This document shows positions 18,693 through 34,889 of a stretch of DNA of 64,000 nt, in pieces; position 1 is the first letter of the stretch; the number at the start of each line of letters is the position of its first letter. Where the stretch lies: contig CAWGHO010000002.1 in the NCBI GenBank assembly GCA_963822445.1, positions 672,001-736,000 of the forward strand. Reading direction: 5' to 3'. Source of the DNA: an uncultured Acidobacteriota bacterium. Lineage in GTDB: Bacteria; Acidobacteriota; Thermoanaerobaculia; Gp7-AA8. A program made the position numbers and the translations under genes. The notes under the pieces were generated by a model. That model was not told the DNA's origin, did not search any database, and saw only the letters and a list, made by a program, of their open reading frames with translations.

Positions 18693-21143
18693 CTAGTCGT
18701 CGCCGAAAATCCGGCGCAAAAGCTTCTTGATCGAGTTTTCCCGCTCCCGCGCCCGCCTCCGCTCCAGCTCCGCCCGCCGCTGCGCCTCGGCCGGATCGAC
18801 AATCGGCTGATCGATACCGGACTCGAGCATTGGAGACTCGTTCCAGAACGGGCTCGGCTCGCCGCTGCCGGCGTGCAGAGGACATACGGACCGGGGCTCC
18901 GTTCCGTCGACATAAATCTCGGTGCGTGTATCCGGACAGTACGGCGTGGCGAGATAGCCGGACTGCGGATCGATCTCGCGCTGGGTCACGTCGTCGGGGC
19001 GCCGCCAGTCGACGTCGGGGACGAGGCCGTCGATCCTGTTCATGTGCCGCGTCCAGATCGGAAGACAGGCGTCGCCGCCGGCCAGACGCACGCTCTTGCC
19101 GTCGTCGAAGCCGACCCAGACCAGCGTGAGGATTCGCGGCGAGTAGCCGATCAGCCAGGCGTCGCGATAGTTGTTGGTCGTGCCGGTCTTGCCCGCGAAC
19201 TCGTCTTCGAAGCCGAGCGATCGCGCGCGGCCGGCCGTGCCGTAGGTGAAGACGTCTTTGAGGACGTCGTTCATCACGTAGCAGACCGAGGCTGGTGCGA
19301 CGCGCTTCATCTTCACGTCCCGGCTTTCCATCACCGTTCCGTCGCGCTTGACGACGGCCAGCGTCGATACCGGTTCGGCTTTCACGCCCATGTTCGCGAA
19401 GACGGAGTAGGCGTAGGCGATCTCGAGCGGGGTCACTTCGAAGGAGCCGAGAGAGATGGATGGATACGGCTGGAGGCGGCTCTCGACGCCGATGTTCGTC
19501 GCGGTCTTGATGATGTTCGGAACGCCCGCGTCCATCGCCGCGCGAACCGCGGGGATGTTGTACGAGTGCGCCAGTGCCTCGCGCAGGGTCACCCGTCCGT
19601 GGAAGCGGTTGTCGTAATTCTGCGGCTCCCACATCGTGCTGCCCGACTTGATGCTGAGCGGCGAGTCGTCGAGGACCGTCGAAGCCGTGAGTGCAGCATC
19701 ACCGCGCGCGGGATCCATCGCCGTCACGTAAACGAACGGCTTGAACAGCGATCCCGGCTGGCGTCGCGCCTGAATGGCGCGATTGAACTGGGTCTTGCCG
19801 TAGTTGCGGCCGCCGACCAGCGCTTTGACGTACCCGGTACCCGGCTCGATCGTCAGTACGACGCCTTCGAGCGGCGACGCGGAGGTCTTGATGTACTTGT
19901 AACGGCGGGTCAGGTTGGCGATGCCGTTGTCCAGAGCCTCTTCCGCCGATCGCTGCATGATCGTGTCGAGCGTCGTGAAGATGCGCAGGCCCTCGGTCTT
20001 GAGCTGCGTCTCGGGATACGTCTCGCGCAACTGCTTGAGCACGAGGTCGACGAAGAACGGCGCGCTACGCGAGGTTTTGGGGAAGCGCGTCACGGTCAGC
20101 GGCGACGCGATCGCTTCCCCGTACTCGCGCTCGCTGATCTTGCCGGTCTCCTGCATCAGCCGCAGGGCCATGTCCCGGCGCTTCTTTGCGCGGCCGGGAT
20201 TGCGCAGCGGCGAGTTCACGTTCGGGGAGCTGATCATCTGTGCGAGCGTCGCCGACTCAGGCAACGTCAGGTAGGTGACCTTCTTGCCGAAGTAAACCTG
20301 GGAGGCCTGCTGCACGCCGAGGATCTGCACGGAGCCGTTCTGGCCGAGGTAGATCTCGTTGAGGTAGGCCTCGAGGATCTCGTCCTTCGAGTAGCGGATC
20401 TCCAGCAGCACCGCCATCACCGCCTCGATCGCCTTGCGCCTGTACTTGCGATCGGGGCTGAGAAAGAGGTTCTTCACGAGCTGCTGGGTCAGGGTCGAGC
20501 CGCCGACTGTCGTCTCGTTGCGGATGTTCCACCAGATCGCGCGGATGATGCCGCGCGGCGACACGCCGGCATGCGAATAAAACCCGCGATCCTCGGTGGT
20601 GATGATCGCGTCGATGAGCGTCTTCGGGACCGCATCGAGTGCGACGGGAACACGATCCTCCATGTTGTTGTCGTAGATCGAGGTGATCAGCTCGGGCTCG
20701 ATCCGCGCGCCGCGCAAGGTGATGCCGTCGGTGAGGCGCTTGATCGAGCGGACCGTTGCGCCGTTCATCTCGACCATCACCGGCATGGCGTGAAACTCCA
20801 TGTCCGGGTATTCGAAGTTGTTGAGGAAGATCTCCAGATCGTCGCCGACGTAGCGGTACTCGCCGGGATTCTCGACGCGCCTCTTCACCTCGCGATAGCC
20901 GACGTGGTTCAGCTTCGGTTCGAGGACCGCTCGCGCGTACGCGATGCCGGGGACCAGCGGAGTGGAATCGGAGTAAACGCGGCTGGGCAGGTCCCACCGC
21001 GCGGCCGACTCGAATTTTTTGGTGATGACGACGTAGGTGTAGCCGACGAACCCGATGAAGGCCACGAAGACCAGCATCACCAGGAAGGCGATGCCGGCCG
21101 AGTGACGCCAGAAGAAATCCTTGATTCTCGAGCGCTTGGCCAT
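18693..21143 (-). CDS. Class A penicillin-binding protein (PBP1B-like)
   Basis: EDRGFYSH, GGSTLTQQLVKN, SLFK (SxxK), SYN and KTGT; UB2H-like region. Confidence 0.92.
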   Translation of the reverse strand: MAKRSRIKDFFWRHSAGIAFLVMLVFVAFIGFVGYTYVVITKKFESAARWDLPSRVYSDSTPLVPGIAYARAVLEPKLNHVGYREVKRRVENPGEYRYVGDDLEIFLNNFEYPDMEFHAMPVMVEMNGATVRSIKRLTDGITLRGARIEPELITSIYDNNMEDRVPVALDAVPKTLIDAIITTEDRGFYSHAGVSPRGIIRAIWWNIRNETTVGGSTLTQQLVKNLFLSPDRKYRRKAIEAVMAVLLEIRYSKDEILEAYLNEIYLGQNGSVQILGVQQASQVYFGKKVTYLTLPESATLAQMISSPNVNSPLRNPGRAKKRRDMALRLMQETGKISEREYGEAIASPLTVTRFPKTSRSAPFFVDLVLKQLRETYPETQLKTEGLRIFTTLDTIMQRSAEEALDNGIANLTRRYKYIKTSASPLEGVVLTIEPGTGYVKALVGGRNYGKTQFNRAIQARRQPGSLFKPFVYVTAMDPARGDAALTASTVLDDSPLSIKSGSTMWEPQNYDNRFHGRVTLREALAHSYNIPAVRAAMDAGVPNIIKTATNIGVESRLQPYPSISLGSFEVTPLEIAYAYSVFANMGVKAEPVSTLAVVKRDGTVMESRDVKMKRVAPASVCYVMNDVLKDVFTYGTAGRARSLGFEDEFAGKTGTTNNYRDAWLIGYSPRILTLVWVGFDDGKSVRLAGGDACLPIWTRHMNRIDGLVPDVDWRRPDDVTQREIDPQSGYLATPYCPDTRTEIYVDGTEPRSVCPLHAGSGEPSPFWNESPMLESGIDQPIVDPAEAQRRAELERRRARERENSIKKLLRRIFGDD

Positions 21144-21185
21144 CAGGTCGTCAGGTTGAACACGGCGGCGATGGCCGTCATTGCA

Positions 21186-23342
<2,157 letters not shown>

Positions 23343-23352
23343 AGCGTTCAAG

Positions 23353-23437
23353 TGATGAGGGATGAGTGATGAGGGATGAGTAGAGGCGGCGATGAGCAAA
23401 TGCTCTTACTCATCCCTCATCCCTCATCCCTCATTAC
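23353..23437. repeat. Inverted tandem 7-mer array (GATGAGG vs CCTCATC)
   Basis: gtgatgagggatgagtgatgagggatgagta ... tactcatccctcatccctcatccctcattac. Confidence 0.85.
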
Positions 23438-23440
23438 TTT

Positions 23441-24937
<1,497 letters not shown>

Positions 24938-24954
24938 TGGGTGTTCCTTCGATT

Positions 24955-25536
24955 TCACAGCCGGCTGAAGATCTCGCGCCGGATCTGGTCGATTCCCTTC
25001 TTCGTGACCGACGACGCCGCGATGAGTTGCGAGTCGTCGACTTGAAGCTCTTTGGAGATTTCCCGCCGCGCCGCGGCGAGTTGATTGTTGGAAAGCTTGT
25101 CGCTCTTGGTCAGGACGACCCGCTCTTCGAAGCTCATCGAGCGGGCCCACTCGTGCATCTGCAGATCGTGCTCGCCGGGCTGCGTGCGCCGCACGTCGAG
25201 GAGTAGAAAGATCACTTTCAGCATGTCCGCGCTCTGGAGATAACCGCGCACCAGATCGCCCCAGGTCGAGGCCATGCTCTTCGGTACTTTTGCGTAGCCG
25301 TAACCGGGTAGATCGACGATGTAAAACTTTTCGTTCACCAGATAGAACTGAACCGCCTGCGTTTTGCCGGGAGTCTGGCTGACGCGGGCAATGCCCTTCC
25401 GATTGAGGACGGCGTTGATCAGGCTGGATTTGCCGACGTTGGAACGGCCGACCATGGCGAACTGCGGTCGCCCGTCACGCGGAAAATCGTCAGCCTGGTA
25501 CGCCGCCCGATGGAACGCAACTGACCGAATGTCCAA
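24955..25536 (-). CDS. engB: Ribosome biogenesis GTPase EngB/YihA
   Basis: [26 protein letters not shown] and TKSDK. Confidence 0.95.
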   Translation of the reverse strand: MDIRSVAFHRAAYQADDFPRDGRPQFAMVGRSNVGKSSLINAVLNRKGIARVSQTPGKTQAVQFYLVNEKFYIVDLPGYGYAKVPKSMASTWGDLVRGYLQSADMLKVIFLLLDVRRTQPGEHDLQMHEWARSMSFEERVVLTKSDKLSNNQLAAARREISKELQVDDSQLIAASSVTKKGIDQIRREIFSRL

Positions 25537-25650
25537 AATGTGTGTGTGCTGTAACTACGGATATCCGGAGGACCGGATACTGGATTGGCTCTTTGCGGGA
25601 AGTGCAGTGCTTCGGGGTGCTACCGGCAGCTTGTGTGGTGAACGCGGGAG

Positions 25651-25679
25651 ATTGTGAGGATATTCAGGAGCGGTGTCAA
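25651..25679 (-). promoter_or_regulatory. Sigma70-type promoter for engB-rho
   Basis: Minus strand TTGACA-17 nt-CACAAT. Confidence 0.6.
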
Positions 25680-25684
25680 TGAGC

Positions 25685-25717
25685 GGGGACCGGCGCGCTG
25701 GCGAGCTGCCGGTCCCC
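25685..25717 (-). terminator. Hairpin downstream of lon
   Basis: GGGGACCGGC...GCCGGTCCCC inverted repeat; no clear U-tract. Confidence 0.45.
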
Positions 25718-25724
25718 GGATTAC

Positions 25725-28130
25725 CTAGTGCGTAACGGGGGTGTCCGGCGAAATGACTTTCTCGGGCTCCGGGAGTTTTTCCTTCGCAGCCAATGGAACA
25801 ATCGTGCCATCGAGCGCGAGCGTGGTGACCTCGTCCATCGACTCCACGAGGTTGAATTCCATCTTGTCCCGGACGTCCTGCGGGATGTCATCGAGGTCGC
25901 GCTCGTTCTCCGCGGGGAGGATCACCCGGTTGATGCCGGCGCGCGCCGCGGCGAGCACTTTGTCCTTCACGCCGCCGACCGGCAGGACCTTGCCGCGCAA
26001 CGTGATCTCGCCGGTCATGGCGATGTCGCGATGGACGGGGATTTTCGTGACCGCCGAAAGCAGCGCGGTTGCCATGGTGATGCCCGCGCTCGGTCCATCC
26101 TTCGGAATCGCTCCCTCGGGCACATGGATGTGAATGTCCATCGACGCGTGGAAATCGGGATCGAGCCCGAACAACTCCGCGCGGGACCGCACGTACGACA
26201 GCGCGGCGCGAGCTGATTCCTGCATGACATCACCGAGCTTGCCGGTGAGCGTCAGATTGCCTTTGCCGCGCGAGAGCGCGACTTCAGTCGTCAGAATCTC
26301 GCCGCCGACTTCCGTCCAGGCCAGCCCCGTGGCCAGGCCGACTTCAGCGCTGTCATGGATCTGGTGCGAGCGGTACTTCGCTTTGCCGAGGAGCTCGCGG
26401 ACTTTGGGGCGGTCGATGGTGGTCGTGAAATCGGGACCCTGCTTGACCACCTGACGGGCGATCTTGCGCAGCACCGAGCCGACCTCGCGCTCGAGACCGC
26501 GCACACCAGCCTCGCGCGTGTAGCTGTCGATCAGCTCTTCGAGCGCGTTGTCCTCGAACTTGATCTTCGCGTCCTCGAGGCCCTGCTCCGACTTCTGCTT
26601 CGAGACCAGGAACTGCCGGGCGATGGCCAGCTTCTCGAGATGCGTGTAGCCGGAGAGCTGGATGATCTCCATGCGGTCCTTGAGAGGCGCAGGAATGGTG
26701 TGGGTGACGTTGGCGGTGGCGATGAACATGACCTTGGAGAGGTCGTACTCGACGTCGAGGTAATGATCGACGAAGGAGTTGTTCTGCTCGGGATCGAGCA
26801 CTTCCAGCAGCGCTGCCGAAGGATCGCCGCGGAAGTCCATCGACATCTTGTCGACTTCATCGAGAAGGAAGACCGGATTGACAGTGCCGGCCTTCTTCAT
26901 CCGCTGGATGATCTGTCCCGGGAACGCGCCGATGTACGTGCGGCGATGACCGCGGATCTCGGCTTCATCCCGAACGCCGCCCAGTGAAAGGCGGACGAAC
27001 TTGCGGCCGGTGGCGCGGGCGATCGACTTCGCGAGCGAGGTCTTGCCGACGCCGGGAGGTCCGACGAAGCAGAGGATCGTGCCCTTGGGCTGCTTCACGA
27101 GCTGGCGCACGGCCAGGAACTCGATGATGCGGTCTTTGATCTTCTCGAGGCCGAAGTGGTCCTCGTTGAGGATCTGCTCGGCCAGCTCGATGTCCTTGAT
27201 CTCCTTGGATGCTTTCTTCCAGGGCACGGATACGAGCCACTCGATGTAGTTCCGCGAGACGGTCGCCTCGGCGGAAACACCGGGCATGGCCTCGAGACGC
27301 TTGAGCTCCTGCAGAGCCTTTTCCTTCGTCTCCTTGGGCATGCCCGCTTCTTCGATTTTCTGGCGGAGCTCTTCGATCTCGTCCGAGCGGTCGTCCTTGC
27401 GTCCGAGCTCGTGATGGATCGCCTTGATCTTCTCGTTGAGGTAGTACTCCTTCTGGGCGCGCTCCATCTGCTTCTTGACCTTGGAGTTGATGCGCTTGTC
27501 GATGTTGATCTTTTCGATCTCGATCTCGATGAAGTCCTGCAGCTTCTGCAGGCGCTCGTAAGGCGAAGGGGTCTCGAGAAGCTGCTGCTTCTCGGTGGTG
27601 GTGATGAGCAGGTGCGAGGCGAGTGTGTCCGCGAACTTGTCGGGATCGTCGAGCTTGAGCGTCGACATCACGCCTTCGAAGGCGAGGTGATGGGACATCT
27701 TCGCGTACTGCTCGAAGATCTCCATCAGCTTCTGCATGTACTGCGAGACCTCGGGGGTCAGCGGGTACTTGGTGTCGATCTCGCGGACGGCGACGGTGGC
27801 GTAGCCGTTGGTGTCCTCGACGGAAACGATCTCGCCGCGGGTGAGCCCCTCGACCATCACTTTGACGTTCTGGTTGGGGAGCTTGAGGTTCTGAACGACG
27901 GTCGCGATCACGCCGACGTGGTAGATCTCGGTCATCGACGGATCGTCGACTTTGGGGTCTTTCTGAGTGGCCAGAAAGATCTTCTTCTCGGTGGTGGCCA
28001 GCGTCGCTTCGAGGGCCAGAATCGAGGCCCTTCGCCCGACGACGAACGGCGCCATCATCGAGGGAAACACGACCATGTCGCGAAGAGGGACGAGTGGGAG
28101 TTGGAGGATACGCGTCTCTGGAGTGGACAT
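25725..28130 (-). CDS. lon: ATP-dependent protease La
   Basis: [19 protein letters not shown] and PKDGPSAG. Confidence 0.98.
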   Translation of the reverse strand: MSTPETRILQLPLVPLRDMVVFPSMMAPFVVGRRASILALEATLATTEKKIFLATQKDPKVDDPSMTEIYHVGVIATVVQNLKLPNQNVKVMVEGLTRGEIVSVEDTNGYATVAVREIDTKYPLTPEVSQYMQKLMEIFEQYAKMSHHLAFEGVMSTLKLDDPDKFADTLASHLLITTTEKQQLLETPSPYERLQKLQDFIEIEIEKINIDKRINSKVKKQMERAQKEYYLNEKIKAIHHELGRKDDRSDEIEELRQKIEEAGMPKETKEKALQELKRLEAMPGVSAEATVSRNYIEWLVSVPWKKASKEIKDIELAEQILNEDHFGLEKIKDRIIEFLAVRQLVKQPKGTILCFVGPPGVGKTSLAKSIARATGRKFVRLSLGGVRDEAEIRGHRRTYIGAFPGQIIQRMKKAGTVNPVFLLDEVDKMSMDFRGDPSAALLEVLDPEQNNSFVDHYLDVEYDLSKVMFIATANVTHTIPAPLKDRMEIIQLSGYTHLEKLAIARQFLVSKQKSEQGLEDAKIKFEDNALEELIDSYTREAGVRGLEREVGSVLRKIARQVVKQGPDFTTTIDRPKVRELLGKAKYRSHQIHDSAEVGLATGLAWTEVGGEILTTEVALSRGKGNLTLTGKLGDVMQESARAALSYVRSRAELFGLDPDFHASMDIHIHVPEGAIPKDGPSAGITMATALLSAVTKIPVHRDIAMTGEITLRGKVLPVGGVKDKVLAAARAGINRVILPAENERDLDDIPQDVRDKMEFNLVESMDEVTTLALDGTIVPLAAKEKLPEPEKVISPDTPVTH

Positions 28131-28176
28131 TACGGTCTGTTATACGCCGATTCCCCTCGAAAAACTTCCCGGGTGC

Positions 28177-29739
28177 TCACTGCACGACTTCGAATTGCCC
28201 CCGCCCGAAACCGGTGACGTCCTTGCCCACAACGCGCACGAGAGCCTTCGCGGAATAGCGGCCCGGTCCGAGACGGAAGTCGCGGCGGATCGTGTACGGA
28301 TTCGCTGTCAGGAAGTCCCGGCCTTTCTCGTGGTCGACGCGAACGCGGACCTGCGTCCAGGCGACCACGGCATTTGCCTGGTCGAAGACGTAGAGGAAGG
28401 CGTCCATCGTCGTAGCGCCATCGTTGCCGAGCGCGAGAACCTCGACGCCGGGGACCTGGGCGATCAGGGTCGTGTCGACACCGCTCGTTTCCGTCCGCAC
28501 GCCGACGGTCATTCCGTTCTGGGGGATGTCGTTCAGGATCGCGTCGGCCAGCAGCAGGCCGTCCGAGGCCTTCTCGCGCGGCGCGTTGGTCGAGTAGCCG
28601 AGACGATGGCGGACATGAGTGCCCAGCGGCTTGTTGCGAAGGCGGACATCGATCGTGTTCCAGCGCCTGTCGCTCCGCGGCGGACTAAAACCGAGGACGT
28701 AGGTGAGCTTCTGCAGCTCGCGAAGAGAATCGAAGGTTGTCGTGACCGTTCCGCCGGTCGGCACGGCCAGACCACGAAGAAACTCCGTTCCATCGGAGGC
28801 GGACCGCCCCCATGACGCGCGCAGTCCGCCGATATCGACCGCGTCGAGAACGACACCCGCCCTGCGGAACTTCGCGTGCGTCGAACTGATGGTGAACGCG
28901 AACTCCTCGGTCGGTCCTCCTTCGCGAAGGAGCACGACATGCTTCGCGCCTTCCAGTGGAGCGAGGCGATCGGCAAGATCGCCGAGAATCCTCAGCCAAT
29001 TTTCCGTCTCCCCCAGACGCAGCGCGCCATAGACCTTCGCTTCGTCCTTCCGGGCGTCCTGCAACACGCTGTACGACGCCATGTTCGACGCGACCCACAG
29101 TGAATCCTCGTCTTCAACAGAAGGTTCGGCCTCGCGGGCGTCGTCCGAGTCGGCGCGCTGGCGACCTGGATCCGGAAGCATCGGGCCGGCCCAGGCCATG
29201 CGCTCCCGGTCGAGTGTGGCGAGGTTCAGTGCGTCGCCGGACTGGCTCGCGCGAAGCGTGGCAACGGCGCGTTTCACGGCGATGCGGTCGGATGTGAAGG
29301 GGACGACGAACTCGATCCGGTTGTATCGCGCGACGGCGACGCCGAAGGTATCCCCGGCCGGCGCCGAATCGATGAAGGCCTGGGCCTTTTCCTTCGCGTT
29401 CTGGATCGCAAACGCCGTCGAGTTCATCGGATCGAAGAGCAGAAGCGAGAGCTTCCGGCGGCGGAGATCGCGTGGCGCCTCGGCCGGCGCCGGCGTGGCC
29501 GCCGCCACGGTCGTCTCGTCGATGACGTCGAAGTAGTCGATCGGGTGGGGTTTCCCGTTGACGAACAGCTCGAAGTCGTCCTTGGTCAGCCCTTCGACGG
29601 GCGCGCCGGTGACCCGGGTGACGTAGACCGGCACCTCGACGGCGCTGATGGTGATGCTCTCGGAGAGATTCTGGGCGTGGATCGATGAAGCAACTGCGAG
29701 GAGGAAGCAGAGGATCGAACGCGATTTCATGTCAGGCAA
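28177..29739 (-). CDS. Secreted VWFA-related (Acidobacteria-type) domain protein
   Basis: Signal peptide, VEVPVYVT...PVEGLTKDDFELF, LAPLEGAKHVVL, TGG and YVLGF. Confidence 0.75.
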   Translation of the reverse strand: MPDMKSRSILCFLLAVASSIHAQNLSESITISAVEVPVYVTRVTGAPVEGLTKDDFELFVNGKPHPIDYFDVIDETTVAAATPAPAEAPRDLRRRKLSLLLFDPMNSTAFAIQNAKEKAQAFIDSAPAGDTFGVAVARYNRIEFVVPFTSDRIAVKRAVATLRASQSGDALNLATLDRERMAWAGPMLPDPGRQRADSDDAREAEPSVEDEDSLWVASNMASYSVLQDARKDEAKVYGALRLGETENWLRILGDLADRLAPLEGAKHVVLLREGGPTEEFAFTISSTHAKFRRAGVVLDAVDIGGLRASWGRSASDGTEFLRGLAVPTGGTVTTTFDSLRELQKLTYVLGFSPPRSDRRWNTIDVRLRNKPLGTHVRHRLGYSTNAPREKASDGLLLADAILNDIPQNGMTVGVRTETSGVDTTLIAQVPGVEVLALGNDGATTMDAFLYVFDQANAVVAWTQVRVRVDHEKGRDFLTANPYTIRRDFRLGPGRYSAKALVRVVGKDVTGFGRGQFEVVQ

Positions 29740-29872
29740 CCTCGAGTTGAGATGGACGCCCCAACTGCGGCCGATGTGCCACTCACGTCCAGAGAGAAGT
29801 CCGGACTGATGGCAACGCGAACGCTACCTCGAGGTTACAGATGCGTCCTCGATCCATGACGCGCCTGAAACG

Positions 29873-29896
29873 CGAAACGCCGCCCGAAGGCGGCGT
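29873..29896 (-). terminator. Probable intrinsic terminator after clpX
   Basis: ACGCCGCC-loop-GGCGGCGT hairpin followed by a short T run on the minus strand. Confidence 0.55.
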
Positions 29897-29919
29897 CGAG
29901 TGACTTCGCGTGAGTTGGA

Positions 29920-31170
<1,251 letters not shown>

Positions 31171-31254
31171 TCCGATTGGGTCCTTGCTCGTGAGGTCGCT
31201 CAAGATTGCTCCTGAGCGTCTTCCAAGTCAACTCGGCTCTGGTGGGCGGTATTT

Positions 31255-31357
31255 CAGTAGGCAGTAGGCAGCGGGCGGTAGGCAGTGGGCCACCACCCAA
31301 CCACGGATGTTTCGGGGGCGTGTGGCGGCCCCCTGCCTACTGCCCACTGCCCACTGC
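31255..31357. repeat. Inverted tandem 7-mer array (GGCAGTA/G vs C/TACTGCC)
   Basis: cagtaggcagtaggcagcgggcggtaggcagtgggc ... ctgcctactgcccactgcccactgc; same family as 15616. Confidence 0.8.
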
Positions 31358-31375
31358 GAGGCGCGACGCGCCGTA

Positions 31376-31963
31376 CTAATCACGTTTCGCGATCACCTGA
31401 TCGACGAGACCGTACTCCAGCGCCTCCGGCGCCTGCAGGATGTAGTCGCGGTCGGTATCCCGGTCGATCTTCTCGATCGGCTGCCCGGTGTGGTCGGCCA
31501 GGATCTGATTCAGCCGCGCCTTCATCCGCATGATGTCCTTGGCGTGGATCTCGATCTCGGTGGCCTGCCCGCCCAGCCCGTGCATCAGCGGCTGGTGAAT
31601 GAGGACCCGCGAGTTCGGAAGGCAGTAGCGCTTCCCCTTCGTTCCCGCGGCCAGCAGCACTGCCGCCATCGAGGCCGCCTGACCGATGCACATCGTGGCG
31701 ATGTTCGGTTTCACGTACTGCATGGTGTCGTAGATCGCCAGACCGGCCGTGATCGAGCCGCCCGGCGAGTTGATGTAGAGGAAGATGTCCTTTTCAGGAT
31801 TTTCCGCCTCGAGGAAGAGCATCTGGGCGATGACCAGGTTCGAGACGTTGTCGTCGATCGGCTGGCCGAGAAAAATGACGTTGTCTTTGAGCAGCCGCGA
31901 GTAGATGTCGTAGGCGCGCTCGCCTCGCGACGTCTGCTCCACGACCATGGGGATGAGCACCAT
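31376..31963 (-). CDS. clpP: ATP-dependent Clp protease proteolytic subunit
   Basis: [21 protein letters not shown] and IHQP. Confidence 0.98.
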   Translation of the reverse strand: MVLIPMVVEQTSRGERAYDIYSRLLKDNVIFLGQPIDDNVSNLVIAQMLFLEAENPEKDIFLYINSPGGSITAGLAIYDTMQYVKPNIATMCIGQAASMAAVLLAAGTKGKRYCLPNSRVLIHQPLMHGLGGQATEIEIHAKDIMRMKARLNQILADHTGQPIEKIDRDTDRDYILQAPEALEYGLVDQVIAKRD

Positions 31964-31995
31964 TAAAGTCTCCTTCCGGCGAATACTAACAGCGG

Positions 31996-33267
31996 CTACT
32001 TGCCCTTCGATTCGCGCAGCACGAGCTCCAGCGCCCGATCCTGGGAAAGCGACTGCCTGAGGGACTCGTATCCGCCCTCGTGCTTGAGGTGGTGCTTGAC
32101 CTCGGCGAAGTCGCGGCCCTGCTCGTTCGCGGCGCGGCGGATCTCGGCGTCCACTTCCACGTCGCTCACGCTCAGGTTTTCTTTCCTGGCAATGGCCTCG
32201 AGGATCAGCGAACGCTTCACCCGCTTGACCGCCTCGGGACGGAAGTCCTCGCCGAGCTTCCGCCAGTCGATCTCCGCCGTCTCCAGGTTCACGCCCTGCG
32301 AGACGAGGTAGCGGGCGTAGTTGTTCAGCGACTTCCCGAGCTCGTCCTCGACCAGCGTCTCCGGCACGTCGAACGTGTGTTTCGCCAGGAGCTGCTCGCC
32401 GACCTGATTGCGTTTGAACCGCACCGCTTCGGCCTCGCGATGCTTGCGGATGTCCGCCGAGATCACCTCGCGCATCTGCTCCGCGGTATCCCATCCGCCG
32501 ACGCTCTTCGCAAAGTCGTCGGTCACTTCCGGCAGCTCGCGCGTCGCCAGCGCCTTCAGCGTGACGTCGAAGTGCACGTTCTTGCCGCGCCACTCTTCGT
32601 TCTCAGTGTCCTCGCCAAACGCGCGATCGAACGAGATCGTCTCTTCCGGCTGTTTGCCCTGCAGCTTCTCGTGCAGTTCGGGCAGCGGACTCTCTTCGCC
32701 GAGGGTGACCTCGCCGGAGCGGGTCGAGGGCTCGCCGCCTTCGGCCGTGGAAGTCAGGTCGATCGTGGCCACGTCGCCGTCCTGGGCGCCGCGGTCGGTG
32801 ACCGGGCGGAGATGGCTCATCGAGCCGCGCAGACGCTCGATCATCGCGTCGACGTCGGTGTCGGTGATCTCGATCTTCGGCTCTTCGATCTCGAGGCCGC
32901 GGTACTCGCCGAGCTCGATCTGCGGCTTGACCTCGAACTTCGCCTTGAACTTCATCGGCGCGCCTTCGATCAGGGCGTCGATGTGCTCGAGGTGCGGTTC
33001 GCCGACGGGCTCGAGGCCCTTCTCTTTCATGATGTCGCGGAAGGTCTGGCCGAGGAGACGGCTGACGACTTCCTCCTCGATTTCCTTGGCGAAGCGGGTG
33101 CGGACCACGCTCGCGGGGACCTTGCCGGGACGGAAGCCGGGCACTTTCGCGGCTTTGCTGAACTCACCGGTGACGCGGCGCGATTCGCTGGTGATCAGAT
33201 CCGCGGGGATCTCGACCTCCACCGATTTGGAGACAGGAGAGTGATCTTCGAAGTTGAGGACAGTCAT
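31996..33267 (-). CDS. tig: Trigger factor
   Basis: [10 protein letters not shown] ribosome-binding motif; tig-clpP-clpX order. Confidence 0.95.
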   Translation of the reverse strand: MTVLNFEDHSPVSKSVEVEIPADLITSESRRVTGEFSKAAKVPGFRPGKVPASVVRTRFAKEIEEEVVSRLLGQTFRDIMKEKGLEPVGEPHLEHIDALIEGAPMKFKAKFEVKPQIELGEYRGLEIEEPKIEITDTDVDAMIERLRGSMSHLRPVTDRGAQDGDVATIDLTSTAEGGEPSTRSGEVTLGEESPLPELHEKLQGKQPEETISFDRAFGEDTENEEWRGKNVHFDVTLKALATRELPEVTDDFAKSVGGWDTAEQMREVISADIRKHREAEAVRFKRNQVGEQLLAKHTFDVPETLVEDELGKSLNNYARYLVSQGVNLETAEIDWRKLGEDFRPEAVKRVKRSLILEAIARKENLSVSDVEVDAEIRRAANEQGRDFAEVKHHLKHEGGYESLRQSLSQDRALELVLRESKGK

Positions 33268-33300
33268 GGCTGGTGGGTACCTCTCGGATGGATGCAGGCC

Positions 33301-33386
33301 TGGTGCGAAAGGTGGGACTCGAACCCACACGGCTTTGGGCCACTGGCTCCTAAGACCAGCGCGTCTGCCAGTTCCGCCACTTTCGC
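33301..33386 (-). tRNA. tRNA-Leu (TAG)
   Basis: GCGAAAGTGGCGGAACTGGCAGACGCGCTGGTCTTAGGAGCCAG...GGTTCGAGTCCCACCTTTCGCACCA; long variable arm. Confidence 0.95.
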
Positions 33387-33416
33387 TTCTGACAACTTAC
33401 CCGGGCGCTGCAGGTG

Positions 33417-33492
33417 TGGTGCCCCCACTAGGACTCGAACCTAGAACCAACAGATTAAGAGTCTGCTGCTCTACCAATTGAGCTATGGAGGC
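33417..33492 (-). tRNA. tRNA-Lys (CTT)
   Basis: GCCTCCATAGCTCAATTGGTAGAGCAGCAGACTCTTAATCTGTTGGTTCTAGGTTCGAGTCCTAGTGGGGGCACCA. Confidence 0.95.
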
Positions 33493-33536
33493 CTGGCGTA
33501 CCGGCTCGGGGAACCCGCTACAACAAGCGGACGCGG

Positions 33537-33565
33537 AAACTATTTCGGTTCCAACGACTTGTCAA
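33537..33565 (-). promoter_or_regulatory. Sigma70 promoter for tRNA-Lys/tRNA-Leu/tig
   Basis: TTGACA-17 nt-TAGTTT followed by a GC-rich discriminator (CCGCGTCCGC). Confidence 0.65.
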
Positions 33566-34107
33566 GCAAGCATTTCCTCGGTGCGGCGGAGGTAGTGCCA
33601 GCCCGAGAAAAGCGTGGCCACCAGCGACAGACGGAAGAGGATCTCCGTGACTCCCAGAAGCCCCGGCGCGAACGCGTTCACGGCGATGACGGCGGCCAGA
33701 GTCACCGCCTGCAGCACGGTGGAGGCCTTGCCGGCGATCGACGGCGGAAACTTCTTGATCTGGATCCGCGTGTAGAGCAGGTACGCGAACAAGGCGATCA
33801 AAAAGTCGCGGATGAACACCGCGAAGGTCAGCCAACCGGGAATCCGCGCCACGGGCGTCGAATCGGCGAAGGTGTAGTAGACGAAGCCGCAGACCATCAG
33901 CGTCTTGTCCGCCGCCGGATCGAGCAACGCGCCCAGCCGCGATTTGAGATTCATCTTCCGCGCGATCATCCCGTCGAGGATGTCCGTCACCGCCGCGGTC
34001 ACGAAAATCACGAACGCCGCGGCATACATCCCCTTCACCGAGGCGTAGAGGAAGCAGGGCACGAGCAGAAAACGGCCGATGGTGAGGATGTTGGGAAGGG
34101 TGAACAA
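33562..34107 (-). CDS. CDP-alcohol phosphatidyltransferase (PgsA-like)
   Basis: LPNILTIGR and TDILDGMIAR...GALLDPAADK signature. Confidence 0.92.
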   Translation of the reverse strand: MFTLPNILTIGRFLLVPCFLYASVKGMYAAAFVIFVTAAVTDILDGMIARKMNLKSRLGALLDPAADKTLMVCGFVYYTFADSTPVARIPGWLTFAVFIRDFLIALFAYLLYTRIQIKKFPPSIAGKASTVLQAVTLAAVIAVNAFAPGLLGVTEILFRLSLVATLFSGWHYLRRTEEMLA

Positions 34108-34112
34108 ACGCG

Positions 34113-34793
34113 TCAGACTTCAGCGCGGAACTGATCGAGCGCCGTCTTCCTGAGATAGATCGTCTTCCCCTCGGACAGCAACAGGTTCTGCCGCATCAGG
34201 TCGTGAATCAGCCGCGAAACGGTCTCGCGGGACGTGCCGATCATGTTCGCGATCGACTGGTGTGTCGGACGGGTCACGGCGACGTATCCGTTGTCGAGCA
34301 TCTTTCCGTTCTCTTTGGCCAGGTCGAGGAAGAAGCGGGCCAGACGGCCGTATACGTCCATCGTCGCCAGCGATTCGATCCGGTTCGAAGCTTGTCGCAG
34401 CCGCTGCGAAATCTCGGCGAGCACTTTCTTGGTGATGTCGAAGTTCTCCGCGAGGATCTGCAGAAAATCGCTGCGCCAGATCGTGACCAGCTCCAGGGGC
34501 TCAGTCGCCACCACCGTCGCCGAACGAGGCTCGTCGTCGAGCAGCGCCATCTCGCCGAAGAAATCGCCGGGTCCGAGGAGGGAGAGGATGATCTCCTTCC
34601 CCTCGGGCGAGATCATGGTGATCTTCACCTGCCCCTCGCGGATCAGGCAGAAAACATCGCCGCTCTCGTCCGCGTGAAAAACGACGTCGTCCTTCGCGTA
34701 GCGGCGCGTTTTCGCGACGGCGGCAATGGCCGAGAGCTCGCGCTCATCGAGATCCGCGAAGAGAGGAAACTTTCTGAAGAAGGCCGCCTGCAT
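34113..34793 (-). CDS. Crp/Fnr family transcriptional regulator
   Basis: FFGEMALL...PRSA cNMP-binding motif; IGTSRETVSR HTH. Confidence 0.93.
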   Translation of the reverse strand: MQAAFFRKFPLFADLDERELSAIAAVAKTRRYAKDDVVFHADESGDVFCLIREGQVKITMISPEGKEIILSLLGPGDFFGEMALLDDEPRSATVVATEPLELVTIWRSDFLQILAENFDITKKVLAEISQRLRQASNRIESLATMDVYGRLARFFLDLAKENGKMLDNGYVAVTRPTHQSIANMIGTSRETVSRLIHDLMRQNLLLSEGKTIYLRKTALDQFRAEV

Positions 34794-34815
34794 GCGTTTC
34801 GCGCGATTGTAACCC

Positions 34816-34868
34816 GTAGAACAGACACTCCTGTCTGTTCTCGTCGCAGACAGGAGTGTCTGCTCTAC
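34816..34868. repeat. GTAG-type REP doublet
   Basis: GTAGAACAGACACTCCTGTCTG / CAGACAGGAGTGTCTGCTCTAC inverted pair; each arm has an internal hairpin. Confidence 0.8.
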
Positions 34869-34889
34869 GCGGTAGACTTCACCGTCACC

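Noticed and set aside
33301-33492. tRNA genes as an island integration site
   Set aside because: No integrase or duplicated tRNA 3' end was seen; tRNA-Leu next to tig is an ordinary arrangement
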